From Octopus vulgaris (lineage: Eukaryota), in the NCBI GenBank assembly GCA_951406725.2, contig OX597823.1, positions 94,922,001 to 94,986,000 of the forward strand: 64,000 bases of DNA, written 5' to 3'. A model generated the notes under the pieces. That model searched no databases and had not been told where the DNA came from. It was given only the letters and a program-made list of their open reading frames with translations. The position numbers were made by a program, and so were the translations under genes. Positions 11,570 to 24,140 of this stretch are shown here, one piece after another. Each line of letters starts with the position of its first letter. The stretch's first letter is position 1.

Positions 11570-14342
11570 TGTAACGAACTTAGTGTGAATATCTATTCTC
11601 TTGTACTTTCGGGGTAGAAGAAAGCAATCACTAGCCGTTGCTTTAATAATCCAGAATTCTACCAGTCAGAAACAACAAGACGCAGACGTAAAAGATATAT
11701 ATACTACTTTATTCTCTAATGTGGTAACAGTAACAATAAGTGGTTATCTGGTATCCCTTTGGTTCTGGGCGCGCAAGGCTGAAAGTTAATTGATTGTAAT
11801 ATTTACAATGTTCAGCCGCTAAAAACAGAACGGGTTAAAGATGGCGTCCGGAGGAAGAAGATGATGCTGGTCTGCAACAATTTGGTTAAAGGCCTGTTGG
11901 TAAGGTGCTGCTAGAATCAAGTCCGGACGGAGAGAAAATATGCGTGACCGTTGCCTTCGATAGCCATGTCTCAAGTCCCCGCTGCTAGTGGTCAAACGTT
12001 CTACGACCCCCTTGCCTTGGCTAACTACCACGTAGGCAAAAGGGTCGTGCTTCCGGTGGTTCGCGCATGCGCGAGAGGGCCCTTCCTTTCTGTGCCTTGG
12101 TGAAGGCACCAACACTCGCACGCGCGAAATAGAAAATGGACGGTGCGCGAGCGCGCGCCGTTGTATAGGATCACTACAAGTCTCCCCTCCAGTGCGTACG
12201 CACGAAGGAAACTTATTGTAGTGACTGCAAAACTCAAGGTGGATACCAGACAACCAAATAGCACACAATATAATAAAATGGCAAAATTTATAACGTACAC
12301 AAGAAATTTACTAAAGGAAAAAAAAGAAAAAAAACACTCAACATGAGCAAAAATCAAGAGTGCATGCATGAAAGTGTATACGTCACAAAGTATAAACCCT
12401 TCCGCTGAAAGGAGCGGAGGGAAAGCAAAACTCACAGTCAATGAACCTAGGCGAAATTAAATCCAACTTCTCTAAAGGTAGTTGATCCTGCGAAATAGCA
12501 GTTAAGTCAATTGCTGCAGGAGAGGAAATGGAATCGACAGATAGATCGCTAGTAACACAAAAGGCAAAAGTGCAAGCATGCTGGTGTGATGCGCGACACA
12601 GATAATTTTCTCTGTTAATTACGTGACCAACAGGGGTCTAACAGGGAAAAGAATTACGCCCATACATAGGCGCAGCGCATGTGAACATCCGACATCCTAT
12701 GAGTCGGGAAAAAAAACTAAGCTACTGCAAACGTGTTGCAAAAAACAAGGCAAGTACACGTGCGGAGCAAAAGGCGCATGAAATGCAATAGTGCTTGCCA
12801 GACCGAAAAACAGCAATGAATATGCCAGTGGTTGAGCGATTATATGCCTCGTTCGTACAGGAACAAAAGTATGACATGCTGGCGCGTTATAATGAACAAA
12901 CAACCCTCTCTATGTATACGTGACCCCTAGGGTCTATAGAAATGAGGTGTGTCCACAAAAGGCAAATTTAGCATGGGAAAAAAAACAAGCGAGAAAAGCA
13001 TGTGTGACGTATGTATGTGAGAGAGATAGCATTTATGTGTGTATACGTGTGTGCGACAAAAATACATACAAGGTGAATGCAAGCAAAATAAAAATAAATA
13101 AAAATACAGCGCATAGAAAAAATGTCTCTCGGGGCTATTCCAGACAAGAGTTAATTTACCAGTCTGTAATAGCCTGATGCACACTAGCAGTTCGTTCTGT
13201 AACAGAAATGTTGAAATCACAAAATGCAGATGCCGGTTGAACACAATGTGTAGCGGTTGTAGCTTCAATGCTGTGACAGGTTAACTGGAACAGAAGAATC
13301 TCGTAGATAGACGGTGCTGTTAATCCTTGGTGTGCATATGCACATACAGCGTGCACGCTAAAGTTCCGCGAGTTGCTATGTACATCTTGTGGAGGTCGAC
13401 GGTGTTGAAAGGCGACGGTGGTGGTGGCGACTGTAGTGGACTTGAGACAACATCGTTCTTAGTGATGATGGCGACGAAGATAACGACGACGTGAAGTAGA
13501 AAGACGACGATGGCGATGACGAAGGTGGAGAAAAGGCATCGTTGATATGATGGCGTTCGTCATCATGGCTGTAGAATAAGAAAGAGGCTCCTTGTACAAC
13601 TGTTTGTGGTGGCCGGAAAACAAATCGTCGAAAGATGAATGCGTAGAGTTAATCGTGTTCCGACTTCGCAGAAAAACTGGATTTTTTTGTTGTTCAGTGA
13701 TCTCTGGTTTTAGACCAGAATCACGTCGGGGGTCCACCAGTGTAACGAACTTAGTGAATATCCTCGTGCACTTTTGGGGTGCACAAAGCAATCACTAGCC
13801 GTTGCTTTAATAATCCAGAATTCTACCAGTCAGAAACAACAAGACGCAGACGTAAAAGATATATATACTACTTTATTCTCTAATGTGGTAACAGTAACAA
13901 TAAGTGGTTATCTGGTATCCCTTTGGTTCTGGGCGCGCAAGGCTGAAAGTTAATTGATTGTAATATTTACAATGTTCAGCCGCTAAAAACAGAACGGATT
14001 AAAGATGGCGTCCGGAGGAAGAAGATGATGTTGGTCTGCAACAATTTGGTTAAAGGCCTGTTGGTAAGGTGCTGCTAGAATCAAGTCCGGACGGAGAGAA
14101 AATATGCGTGACCGTTGCCTTCGATAGCCATGTCTCAAGTCCCCGCTGCTAGTGGTCAAACGTTCTACGACCCCCTTGCCTTGGCTAACTACCACGTAGG
14201 CAAAAGGATCGTGCTTCTAGTGGTTCGCGCATGCGCGAGAGGGCCCTTCCTTTCTGTGCCTTGGTGAAGGCACCAACACTCGCACGCGCGAAATAGAAAA
14301 TGGACGGTGCGCGAGCGCGCGCCGTTGTATAGGATCACTACA
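11570..14342 (-). mobile_element. Non-autonomous LTR retrotransposon (Ty3/gypsy-like hallmarks)
   Basis: LTRs 11570-12178 and 13741-14342 with TG..CA ends; 4 bp TSD AATA; minus-strand PBS TGGTGGACCCCCGACGTGAT (tRNA-Trp-like) at 13720-13739; PPT GGAGGGGAGACT at 12179-12190; 1.56 kb interior without recognisable pol. Confidence 0.9.
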
Positions 14343-14532
14343 AATATAAATAACCACAGAATACCAGAACCTAAAAAAACCCCAGTAAATATGATAGGGA
14401 GCAAATTGGGAAAAAAGAATCCTATCACTAGAAAGGATAGATATGAAACAGAACCCATGAAACAACAACCAGGAGTAAAAAAAGAAAGGAACTGTTAAAT
14501 GTGGATGGAAATAAAAACAAGAAACATTGGAA

Positions 14533-15358
14533 CCACAACGAGCGCAGCAGCAGCAGCAACAACAACAACAGCAGCAACAACAAAATCAACCACAACCAGA
14601 GCAGCAGCAACAACAACAACAGCAGCAACAACAAAATCAACCACAACCAGAGCAGCAGCAACAACAACATCAACAACAACAGCAGCAACAACAAAATCAA
14701 CCACAACCAGAGCAGCAGCAGCAACAACAACAACACTAATTGACCAGTGCGGTTCTTGCAGAACTGCAACAATCGATCTGTGCTTTAAGAGGGGAAGTAG
14801 CAGGAATAAAAGCAACCATTCAGGTTGGACTCCACAACTTATCGGAATGCTCTGCTAAAGAACCTCCCTGTACCTGTACCTCTTGTCGCATCTAAGACCG
14901 CGGATTCTGCTACCCATGAAGTCATTGCCATTGGGGTGCCAGAAGACATGGCTGATCTTCAGGCATTTGCTGCCAACTCAGCCAAAGACCTAGGCTGCGT
15001 TCCCCCAACGGGTGCTATCCGCCTTGGACGACCTGGCCCAAAACCTAGGCTCATCAAGCTGTCTTTTTCGGACCACACTGAGGCAACCTCTTACCATCTG
15101 GCCTCAGTTAAAGCTGGGCGTGAAAATCGGACCACCTTCCGAACACGCCCAGGCTTACCGTCCGATGTACGTCCGAAGCTACGTGTAGCGGCTTCCCTGA
15201 ATAGGAACTCAGCTCTACAGGAAAGCTTCAGTCTTCGGGAAGATGGACAAATCTGGAGATTTGTCAAGACTGATGAAACGTGGAAGAGAGATACCAGCTG
15301 GTCTGAGTGCTCTCTACCCACAATAACTAAAAAGACTACAGCAACTCAGGGAAACTAA
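14533..15358 (+). pseudogene. LINE ORF1 remnant: polyQ repeats, coiled coil, RRM-like region
   Basis: QQQNQPQPEQQQ repeats; after a TAA, LTSAVLAELQQSICALRGEVAGIK; after a frameshift, VIAIGVPE...IRLGRPGPKPRLIKL. Confidence 0.6.
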
Positions 15359-15414
15359 GCCAGGACAACCTGTCATCCTCTACACACCATCATAAACTGC
15401 GAGCAGGGTACAAA

Positions 15415-18176
15415 TTGTTGTCCTTAAATGCTCGCAGTTTATGCAACAAAATACATTTGTTCAACGCCTACGTCAGAAGTATTGACCCTGACTTCATCAC
15501 TGTCACGGAAACATGGGCGCATTCCTTACTCTGTGATGGGGTTTTCAACATCACGGGGTACAACCTCTTCCGTAAGGACCGCACTAACCGCCGTGGTGGT
15601 GGTGTGATGATCTACGTTCGTTCAAATTTTTTGGTAATTCCTTGTGCCGATTTGAACGAATCACAAGAAGAAGTTTTTTTCTGTGACGTACGTATGACCA
15701 TGTCAACACTCCTGCTTGGCGTTGTTTATCGTCCCCCAAATTACCATCAGGACACACAGCTTTGCAACATCCTCCGAGCTGCTGCCAGGAAAACAGCCAC
15801 TTATGTGTTTATTGCAGGCGATTTCAATCATCCTGAGATCGATTGGGAAACCTTCCATTGGCCACAGAGTGCAAACGATTTTGTTGAGCTTGTGCTGGAC
15901 TCAAACTGGTCACAAGTAGTCACCTCTCCAACAAGAGGCGACAACACCTTGGACCTGCTCTTCACCACAACTCCTGAAGCGGTTATCAATTGCACTACGG
16001 AGGAACCTCTAGGTGACTCTGATCATGCTATGATCATCGCCAATCTGGCTCTTGCGGGCAACAAACACCTGAACCATCTCCAATCTGCTTCCTTCGATTG
16101 GAAGAGAGCAGATTGGAACCTGTACCACACTGAACTACAGCACCCAAACTGGCGTGAATTCTACAACTCTGGAGATGTGAATACTATACTCCAGAGTATC
16201 CTGGACTCAATATGGGCAGCATGTGCAGCATCAGTGCCACATAAACAAAAAAAGAACTGCCCCAAAAGGGCAATTTGGGAAACTTCAGCGGTCCGACTTG
16301 CCAGGAAGGAACGTCGGACTGCTGAACAGGAATACAAGTTGCATAAATCAGACACCAACAGGAAGAAGCGGAATAAATCCTCCAACCATCTCAAGCAAGT
16401 GACAAAAAATGCAGTGCTTGAATTTGAACAGTGCATAGCAGCCAATCCTGACAGCAAGGTTTTCTGGAAATATGTGCATTCAAAGCAGAGACCTCACTGT
16501 CCAGTGGGCCCTCTTCGCAACCCTCACACAAACCAGATCACTGACGACCCCAAGGAATGCGCAGAACTCATTGCCGAGTGCTATGCAAACATATTCACTG
16601 TTGAAAGTCAAAATGTACCATCTTCACCATCACTAACAGCAAACTCCATAACAACTATGGAATTTACACCTGCAATGCTGCGACGTCACCTTCAAAATAA
16701 GCGCAACTATGCCTCCCCTGGTCTCGATGGAGTTACATACCTGCTTCTCAAACGAGGCAGGCACTTCCTTTTACACCAGCTTTCTATTTTCTTCCAGTAC
16801 TGTCTCAACAATGGTGCTACTCCGGAGCAGTGGAAAACTGCCAGTGTCATTCCTCTGTTCAAAAAGGGTGACCGCACATCACCTGTCAACTATCGCCCAG
16901 TCAGTCTCACTAGCTGTATTGCAAAACTGATGGAATCGTGTGTCAGAGAAACACTCTGGAACTTCTGGAGCTCTCACAGTCTCATCCGACCCTCACAATA
17001 TGGATTTGTCCCTAACTCCAGCTGCAGTGACCAGCTTGTCGAGTTCCTTGAGGACATTACTCAGATCACTGACAGTGGCTCATGGGTGGATGTTGTCTAC
17101 CTTGACTTTGCTAAGGCTTTCAACTCTGTGCCACACAAAAGGCTTATGGTGAAACTCTCTGCAATGGGTGTGGGGGATGACCTTTTTAACTGGTTGAAAT
17201 CCTTCATCCTCAGCCGAAAGGAGGTAGTCACAGTTCTAGGACAGCACTCTACACCATATGAGATGTCATCGGGTGTACCACAGGGATCTGTCCTTGGTCC
17301 CCTCCTGTTTGTGGCATACTTTAATGACATAGATGCCAATTTAAAGAATGCCACAGTATTGAAATATGCAGACGACATCAAGCTGTACCTTGAAATCAAG
17401 AGGACTGATCCTGATGTCTACAACTCTTTCCTGCAATCAGACCTGGACACAATGCAGCAATGGATCACAGACTGGCAACTGAAACTGGCTGTGGACAAGT
17501 GTACCACCATGCATTTTGGGATAAAAACCCTGCGTCCACATACTCCCTCCACAACACTGATATCAAGAAATCCTCTTGCGAGCGTGACCTAGGCATCACT
17601 GTCAGCAGTGATTTGCGTTGGACAAAGCACATCTCTAAAATTGTCAGGAGGGCCGAGGGTGTCTTGGCATCACTCAGCAAGACTTTTGTTAGCCGCTCTC
17701 CAGCCATCTATTTAAAACTGTATACAGCTATGGTACGACCACACTTGGAATTCGCATCATCAGTTTGGAATCCCTATCTTGCTCAGAACATTGACCTCCT
17801 GGAATCTGTCCAGAGACGTGCAACCAAACGCATACCCTCCATCAGACACCTACCATATTCTGAGCGCCTTGTTTCCCTGGGCATGGATTCACTGAAGCTC
17901 CGGCGTCTGGCGACGGACTTGGTAAACACCCGCAAGGTTATCAACCACCTCACCAACAACAACACTGAACACCTTTTTGATCTCCATGTGTCTAACACAC
18001 GTGGACATATTTACAAAGTCAGAAAACAGCACAGCTCCCATGACTTTCGGAAACATTTTTTCATGCTCAGAGTTGCTGAAGCATGGAACAAACTGCCTGC
18101 GTCAGTTGTTGACTGCCATGACACTGCATCCTTTAAGGCCCTCATGCTTTCCGAAATCCGCCGAAACTACACCTGA
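15415..18176 (+). CDS. LINE ORF2: AP endonuclease + reverse transcriptase, one frameshift near 17520
   Basis: LNARSL, VTETW, GDFNHP, LDL, SDH (APE); YRPVSLTS, LDFAKAFNSV, GVPQGSVLGPLLF, YADD (RT); continuation VRPHLEFASSVWNP..LESVQRRATK..TRGH..WNKLP. Confidence 0.9.
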
Positions 18177-18242
18177 TTATATATACACTTTAGATGAGTT
18201 GTAGTGCACCTGAGCACTGTACACAATTATTATTATTATTAT

Positions 18243-18500
18243 ATAAAACAAGATTCAGCGACAGATAGAAATATTAACCCAATAGATATATTAACAGAAA
18301 TAGAAAAATAAGGAATGAAATTATTTGGTTTAATCTAATTCCAAATTAAAAAATAAAATCCAAAATAGGTCAGAAATTCTTCTCAGCATTAGATGGGCAT
18401 TTTCCAAAATTTTTCAAATATCACAAAATAGGCATAATGTAAAATTAGCATATGTGACCTCTCACAATCTAGAATACCACATACACAAACTAAATAATAC
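18243..18500 (+). mobile_element. Continuation of the Penelope-like fragment
   Basis: Matches 8547-8623, then reads IIWFN..KIGQKFFSALDGHFP..NVKLAY. Confidence 0.6.
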
Positions 18501-20236
18501 AAAACTCAATAGAATAAGACTAGGAGGTATACAGAAGAACAGCACTTCGTAGTATAATAAACGACGATGTAATAGTTGCAGATAGGAATAATAAAAGCTT
18601 AAGAAAAATAGGTCCAAACAGCACCACACAATTAGTATTACAATCAATACATAAGGAAAATGAGAACACAATTACAGGAGGAAGAACTGGTGTAACCATC
18701 AGTAATAACTCTGCTCATGGAACTGGAAAAGACAACAGAACATGTAACTTCAGAGATAGACAAGCGCAGGTTTAACAACAACTGCATGATGAAGAATGTG
18801 GTTTACAAATGTTGGGTGAAATTTGTACACAGAAATATGTGTACATTGGTAGTACTGGAGACACCATGAAAAATTGTCTACGCAACCATCTTTTGTCATT
18901 TTCCAATGTAAACAAAAGACTCTCCACATCACTATCTAACTTCATCTGATGGCTCAAACAGAATAGAGTAGAGCATACGACCCACTGGTCTATTATAAAT
19001 AATGCTGTACCATACAAGGGGAGGAAGGGGGGTTGAAGGGGTGGAAGGAGAGGAAGGTGGGAAGAAGGGAGAAAGAAGAGGAAGGGGAGTAAGGAGAAGA
19101 AGGGAGGGAGGAAGGGGAAAAGGAGGAAGGGAGAGGAAAGGGAAGGAAGAAGGGTGTCCACAATATTTGCTTGTAGCTTGTTAATATTTTACATAGAGAT
19201 TTGAAATTTTGTCAGTGGATACTTTATATACCACTGGTTTATAGATAATTTTAGCTGATCTTGCTGAGTAAATTTGACTTTTATGGGCAGGTAAATTTAA
19301 TTAACAGGTGTAAAAGCAATAACATTATGGAGTAACACTAAATTTAAAATTCTTAATGCATCTTACCTGTTTGATTTGTTACTAAAATTATTCCAGATGG
19401 TAACCGACAAAAATTTTGCCACTTTTCAAGATGCAATACATTAATTTGAATTAATTGAAATACAGGTATAATCGGTGCAAGATTTTATTCTTTTAGTAAA
19501 TATTTCGTACCTCAGTGTTGAATAATTTTTCCCAGTTTTTTGGGGTGCATTTGATGTATCTAACCTCCAAACCAGCCGCAAGCCACTTTTTACTGGAAAA
19601 GAAAGGTGGGGGAGCGGTGGAGACCTTGAAGTTTTCCATCAAGGGGCTTTTTTCTTTTCTAGGTTATTTTGCATGCTTTCAACGAATGTGACATTGAAAT
19701 CACATGTAAGCGGTTCCTTTTTTCAGAAAAGTAAAGATTTGGTTGCTATCTCTAGCATGCTCTGCTACCACGTAACAGCTAATTTGCGTTCACACCGAAA
19801 TATTTACTAACTTTTTTCCTTCCATTAATTTTTTTCCACTTAATGGAACTCAATATTTTCTCTGTTGATATCCACCTCAGTGAGGTCATGGAAATTACCC
19901 ATTGTCTTTGCAAACAATAAATGAGTGGATTTAGTTTCAAATTCAGGCAAGGCCAAACGAGGCCCTACAAGTTAATTACAATAGTAAGTGGCGTTATATC
20001 AGGCTTGAAAGAATGGCACGTACAATATTAAATGTGCTAAGACAATCTGAAAGCAATAGAAACTTTTTAACGTTTACCGGTTTTTGTGAAATTTTGGGGT
20101 TAACGGAAGCTAAATGTAATGGAAGTTAATTAGTCTGATAATGATTTTTAAAGTTAACTTAAAATTAAATTGGTAACGAAAATGTTAACTTCGTTAATTA
20201 ACAGTAAACAGAGCAACAGACTTACAACCAGCTCTG

Positions 20237-20282
<46 letters not shown>

Positions 20283-20445
20283 ACATATTATTCAATATAA
20301 AATAGTGTACATTTAAACACAAAGAGAAATTTACCAATAACAGGTAATTTCTACATGCTAGGAGAGAGTCAAAACAACTTAAGACCACAAAAAAAAAGCA
20401 ATTTCAAAGGGAATGAAAAATAAAAACTTTTACCTTGTTTTTTAT

Positions 20446-20520
20446 GGTTATACCTATAGGTTTCGGAATGTTTTGGTAAATAAAATAATTTAATTTACAG
20501 GTAAATCCTCTTCAGTAACC
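20446..20520 (-). ncRNA. Type I hammerhead ribozyme motif
   Basis: GGTTA CTGAAGA GGA..TCC GAA ACCTATAGGT A TAACC; GUA site. Confidence 0.75.
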
Positions 20521-20825
20521 GAGCCTTCCAAGACTAACTTATAAATATGAGACCGATAACACGTGTCTCATCGCTATACGTTATAATTTTTTTCAAAATC
20601 CACTGCGCACGCGTAACTTCAGTTGGCAGAAAATGAAGAATGCCGAAACGAACTGAAACTACGCATGCGTAGTGGATTTTGAAAAAAATTATAACATATA
20701 GAGATGAGACACGTGTTATCGGTCTCATATTTATAAGTTAGTCTTGGAAGGCTCGGTTACTGAAGAGGATTTGCCTGTAAATTAACTTATTTTATTTTAT
20801 TTACTAAAAAAATCCGAAACCTATA
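20455..20825. repeat. Long imperfect inverted repeat (~170 bp arms)
   Basis: Arms are reverse complementary with scattered mismatches; the right arm ends within the hammerhead stem III palindrome. Confidence 0.9.
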
Positions 20826-21412
20826 CTCTAACTTTCCGTCATCTGACACATAATCACCTCTTCCCTTCTCAAAGGTTCTTTGGCTTGCAAAGTCACTTGG
20901 TGACCCTGCCGGTGCTGGTGCTACATAAAAAACACTCAGTCCACTCTTGGCTGGTGTTAGGAAGGGCATCCAGCTGTAAAAGCCATGCCAAAACAGACAC
21001 AGAAGTCTTTGGAAATTTTCTGCCTGGCCAGCTCCTGTTAAATCGTCCAACACATGTCAGCATGGATGGTGGATGTTAAACAATGATGACAATGTTGATG
21101 ATGATGATGATGATGCTGATGATGATGATGCTGATGCTGCTGATGATATATATATATATATATAGTTGTGTATATATAGTTTTGACTCGAAAACTATTTA
21201 AAAGGTTGCAAGACACAATGAAAAATTTTAGAAAAATAAAAAATAAATAAGTGGAAATTTTACTGGTGAGTGTGTTAAATTATAAGGCACAAAAAGAGAA
21301 TGACTCTCCCCAGACACAACAGAATATGCTTCAACACATGAACTCAAGTAAGGAAGCTTGCAAACCAAATCCAAACATGAAATATATATATATATATATG
21401 TATGTATATATA

Positions 21413-22300
21413 CAGGGTGTCCCTCCACAAAAAATGTATTCTCACTTTAACAGCTGTAACTCAATTGAAACATTGGAATTAATGATGGCAATCAGACTAA
21501 GCTTTGAACAAAGGAAATTCATTCTAAAATGCTATTGGAAGTGTGAAAACGAGTTTCTAACAGATCCACCAACACGACTTACCATTACTTGAATTAGAGA
21601 TAAGTTTGAAGCCGATAGAACTGTTCAAAATGTCCACAAGAAGCATTCCAGAAAAGCAGGAACATCAACAACCCACACAAAGCAAGAAAGAGTATACCCA
21701 ATATCCAAGAAAATCTATGTGGCAAGCGACTCATGAGGTAGGTATTACAAAATCACCTGTCTAACACATTTTGAAGCATTGTCAATGAAAAAGGTTACGT
21801 TCCAAGATGTGTCCATGCTACAAATGATTATGATCCAGGCTGAAGAGTGCAGTATTGTGAGTGGCACTTGGCACCATGTGTAGAAGATTCACACTTTCCA
21901 ATAAAGATTGTGTAGAGTGAAGAGGCCAGATTCAAATTAAATGATTCAATTAACTGTCACAATTGCATCTATTGGGGATCTGAAAATCCGCATGTTATGG
22001 AAGAACACCATGTTAATTTACCAGGAGTCACATTGTGGTGTGTTTTATCACCAAGAGGATTAATTGAACCATTCTTATTTGACGCTACCGTGACTGGTCC
22101 CGTTTACTTGAACTTGCTGCAACAGTCTGTCATGCCAAGCATTAGAGAAGACTTTGAAGATGAGGAGTTTTATTTTCAGCAAGATGGGGCACCCACACAC
22201 TACCATTGCGATTTTAGATCCTTCCTTGATGAGATCTTTCTAAACAGGTGGATTGGACGAAGGGGTTTCGTTGAATACCCTCTGTGTTCACCAGACCTCA
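21413..22300 (+). mobile_element. Decayed Tc1/mariner-superfamily transposon
   Basis: TA|CAGGGTGT terminus; RLSFEQRKFILKCYWK; [10 protein letters not shown]...RWIGRRG..YP..SPDLT. Confidence 0.85.
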
Positions 22301-22463
22301 CATGCTGGAGCACCGTCTTTAGTCGAGCAAATCGACCTCAGGGCTTATTCTTTGTAAGGTTAGTTCTTATTCTATCGGTTTCTTTTGCCAAACTGCTAAG
22401 TTACGGGGACGTAAACACACTAGCATCGGTTGTCAAGTGATGTTGGGGGGGGGGGGGGGACAA

Positions 22464-22496
<33 letters not shown>

Positions 22497-23369
22497 CATA
22501 GCGAGAAGTTGAGGTTATAAGAGATGATGTATACATTCGGTAATATTCGCAATATTACCGAATCTGGAACTTAACTATATATGTACATACATATATACAA
22601 CGGGCTTCTTTCAGTTTCCGTCTACCAAATCCACTCACAAGGCTTTGGTCGGCCCGAGGCTATAGTAGGCAACGGGACTGAACCCGGAACCATGTGGTGA
22701 TAATTTTCTTTGGGAAGAATGTATTTACAATGAGAATTCACAACAAAAATTCTAACCCAAACAGATATCCACCCATACAGATGTCTACCCATACAATGAT
22801 GGTCTTCACCAGTGGTGGACTGGCCATGTTGCCAGCTTGCCCGATGGCAAGTGGGTCCCTGCGCCATTAGAATCCATATATGGGAGCCCATGTTAGTATC
22901 TAAGAGGCCCATCCCCTCAAGTTTGAGAATTTTTTATTCTCTCCTGGAAGAATGCCTTAATTATTTCAGCTTGGCTGTGTTTGTAGACAGTTGAAAAGAA
23001 TACTTTTAACAAAAAAAAAAAATTAAATGATAGCACTGTAGTTGCAGGTGGGCCTTATTCTCCTGGCAACCAATATTTTTAGACCCAGTCCGCCACTGGT
23101 CTTCACTAAGTTTTACATCCTCCAGGACAAAGTGTTTTGAGATGATGGAAGCCATAAGTTTGCAGAAAAACATCTGTGTCTCATGTTTTTGCTTTTAATC
23201 ATTCTAACTCATTAGTATACAGTACACCCGTGTAATTAATATCTATGCTTTGCATATATTAATTAGAAATTTAATTAACCTATTTTCTGTATCCCAATTC
23301 AGAAATGTCAGTCACCTTGGACGGCTTATAGTATCTAATTGGTACTTTATTTTCCACTGTTTTACTTCA

Positions 23370-24140
23370 GTTCTAGAAATGAGGAGGGAACAAGGCTGCA
23401 GGAGTTCTTTGATGCTAATGACTTTTCGATCTGCAACACTAGCATCAGGAAAATTAGCTGCCGCTCGACTTCCAAGAATTTCATGGGTACACCAAGACTG
23501 ACTACACTTTCACAAGAAAACAGGATTGGCAGATTCTTGTAAAGGCAAAATCTTTTCCTGGTGAAGAATGTACAGCACAACATCATTTCGTAGTTAGTGA
23601 CTTCAGATTTAGAGAAAGAAGGACTCAGAAGCACAAACCAATTTGGAAAAGGAAGATATAGAAGCCTAAGGATCCTTTGAACTGTCAGAGATTTATGAAG
23701 ATATTGATTAAAGCATTTGATGAAAAGGAGAAGGTGATGGAAATGCATAACAGAGAACAGTCTGAGTCTATAGAACAAATGTGAGGCTGGTGCCAAATTG
23801 TAACTGGACTAAGGGTGATGTGGAGGTAGAACAGGGAAGTAGACAGCAATAAAAGAGGTAGGCTTGGAAGAGTTGGAGATGCAGATAGCTATATCGGGTA
23901 ACTGGTGAAGATGTTAGAAGACAGATCTATTTAGTGAGGGCAGAAGGAGAAAGGATGAAGTTAGACAATGTTTATGGCATGTGGACAAAAAGCATGGAAA
24001 ACTCTGGAATGCAAACCAGTGTATCAGAGAAAATGAAGATGTTGTGGCAGAGAAGTGAGTACAGAATGGTAACGGTACTTTTGCACTTAGTGATGCTGAA
24101 AAGAAAGAGGCAAGGAAGTGCATCACAATCCAGAACACCT
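23370..24140 (+). mobile_element. Decayed RTE-clade LINE (endonuclease region)
   Basis: RNEEGTRLQEFFDANDFSICNT; FPGEEC..QH..VVSDF; homologous to 30630-31040. Confidence 0.7.

Larger units (their letters stand above)
14533..18242 (+). mobile_element. Near full-length CR1-type LINE
   Basis: Disrupted ORF1, APE-RT ORF2, short 3' UTR and (ATT)n tail; empty site visible at about 8531-8560. Confidence 0.9.

Noticed and set aside
19300-20180. Promoter or first exon of a second gene
   Set aside because: Unique-looking sequence, but no supportable ORF or linked exons
22535-22563. Small perfect hairpin ATTCGGTAATATT-CGC-AATATTACCGAAT as a terminator or miRNA
   Set aside because: Too short, eukaryotic context, and probably a repeat remnant
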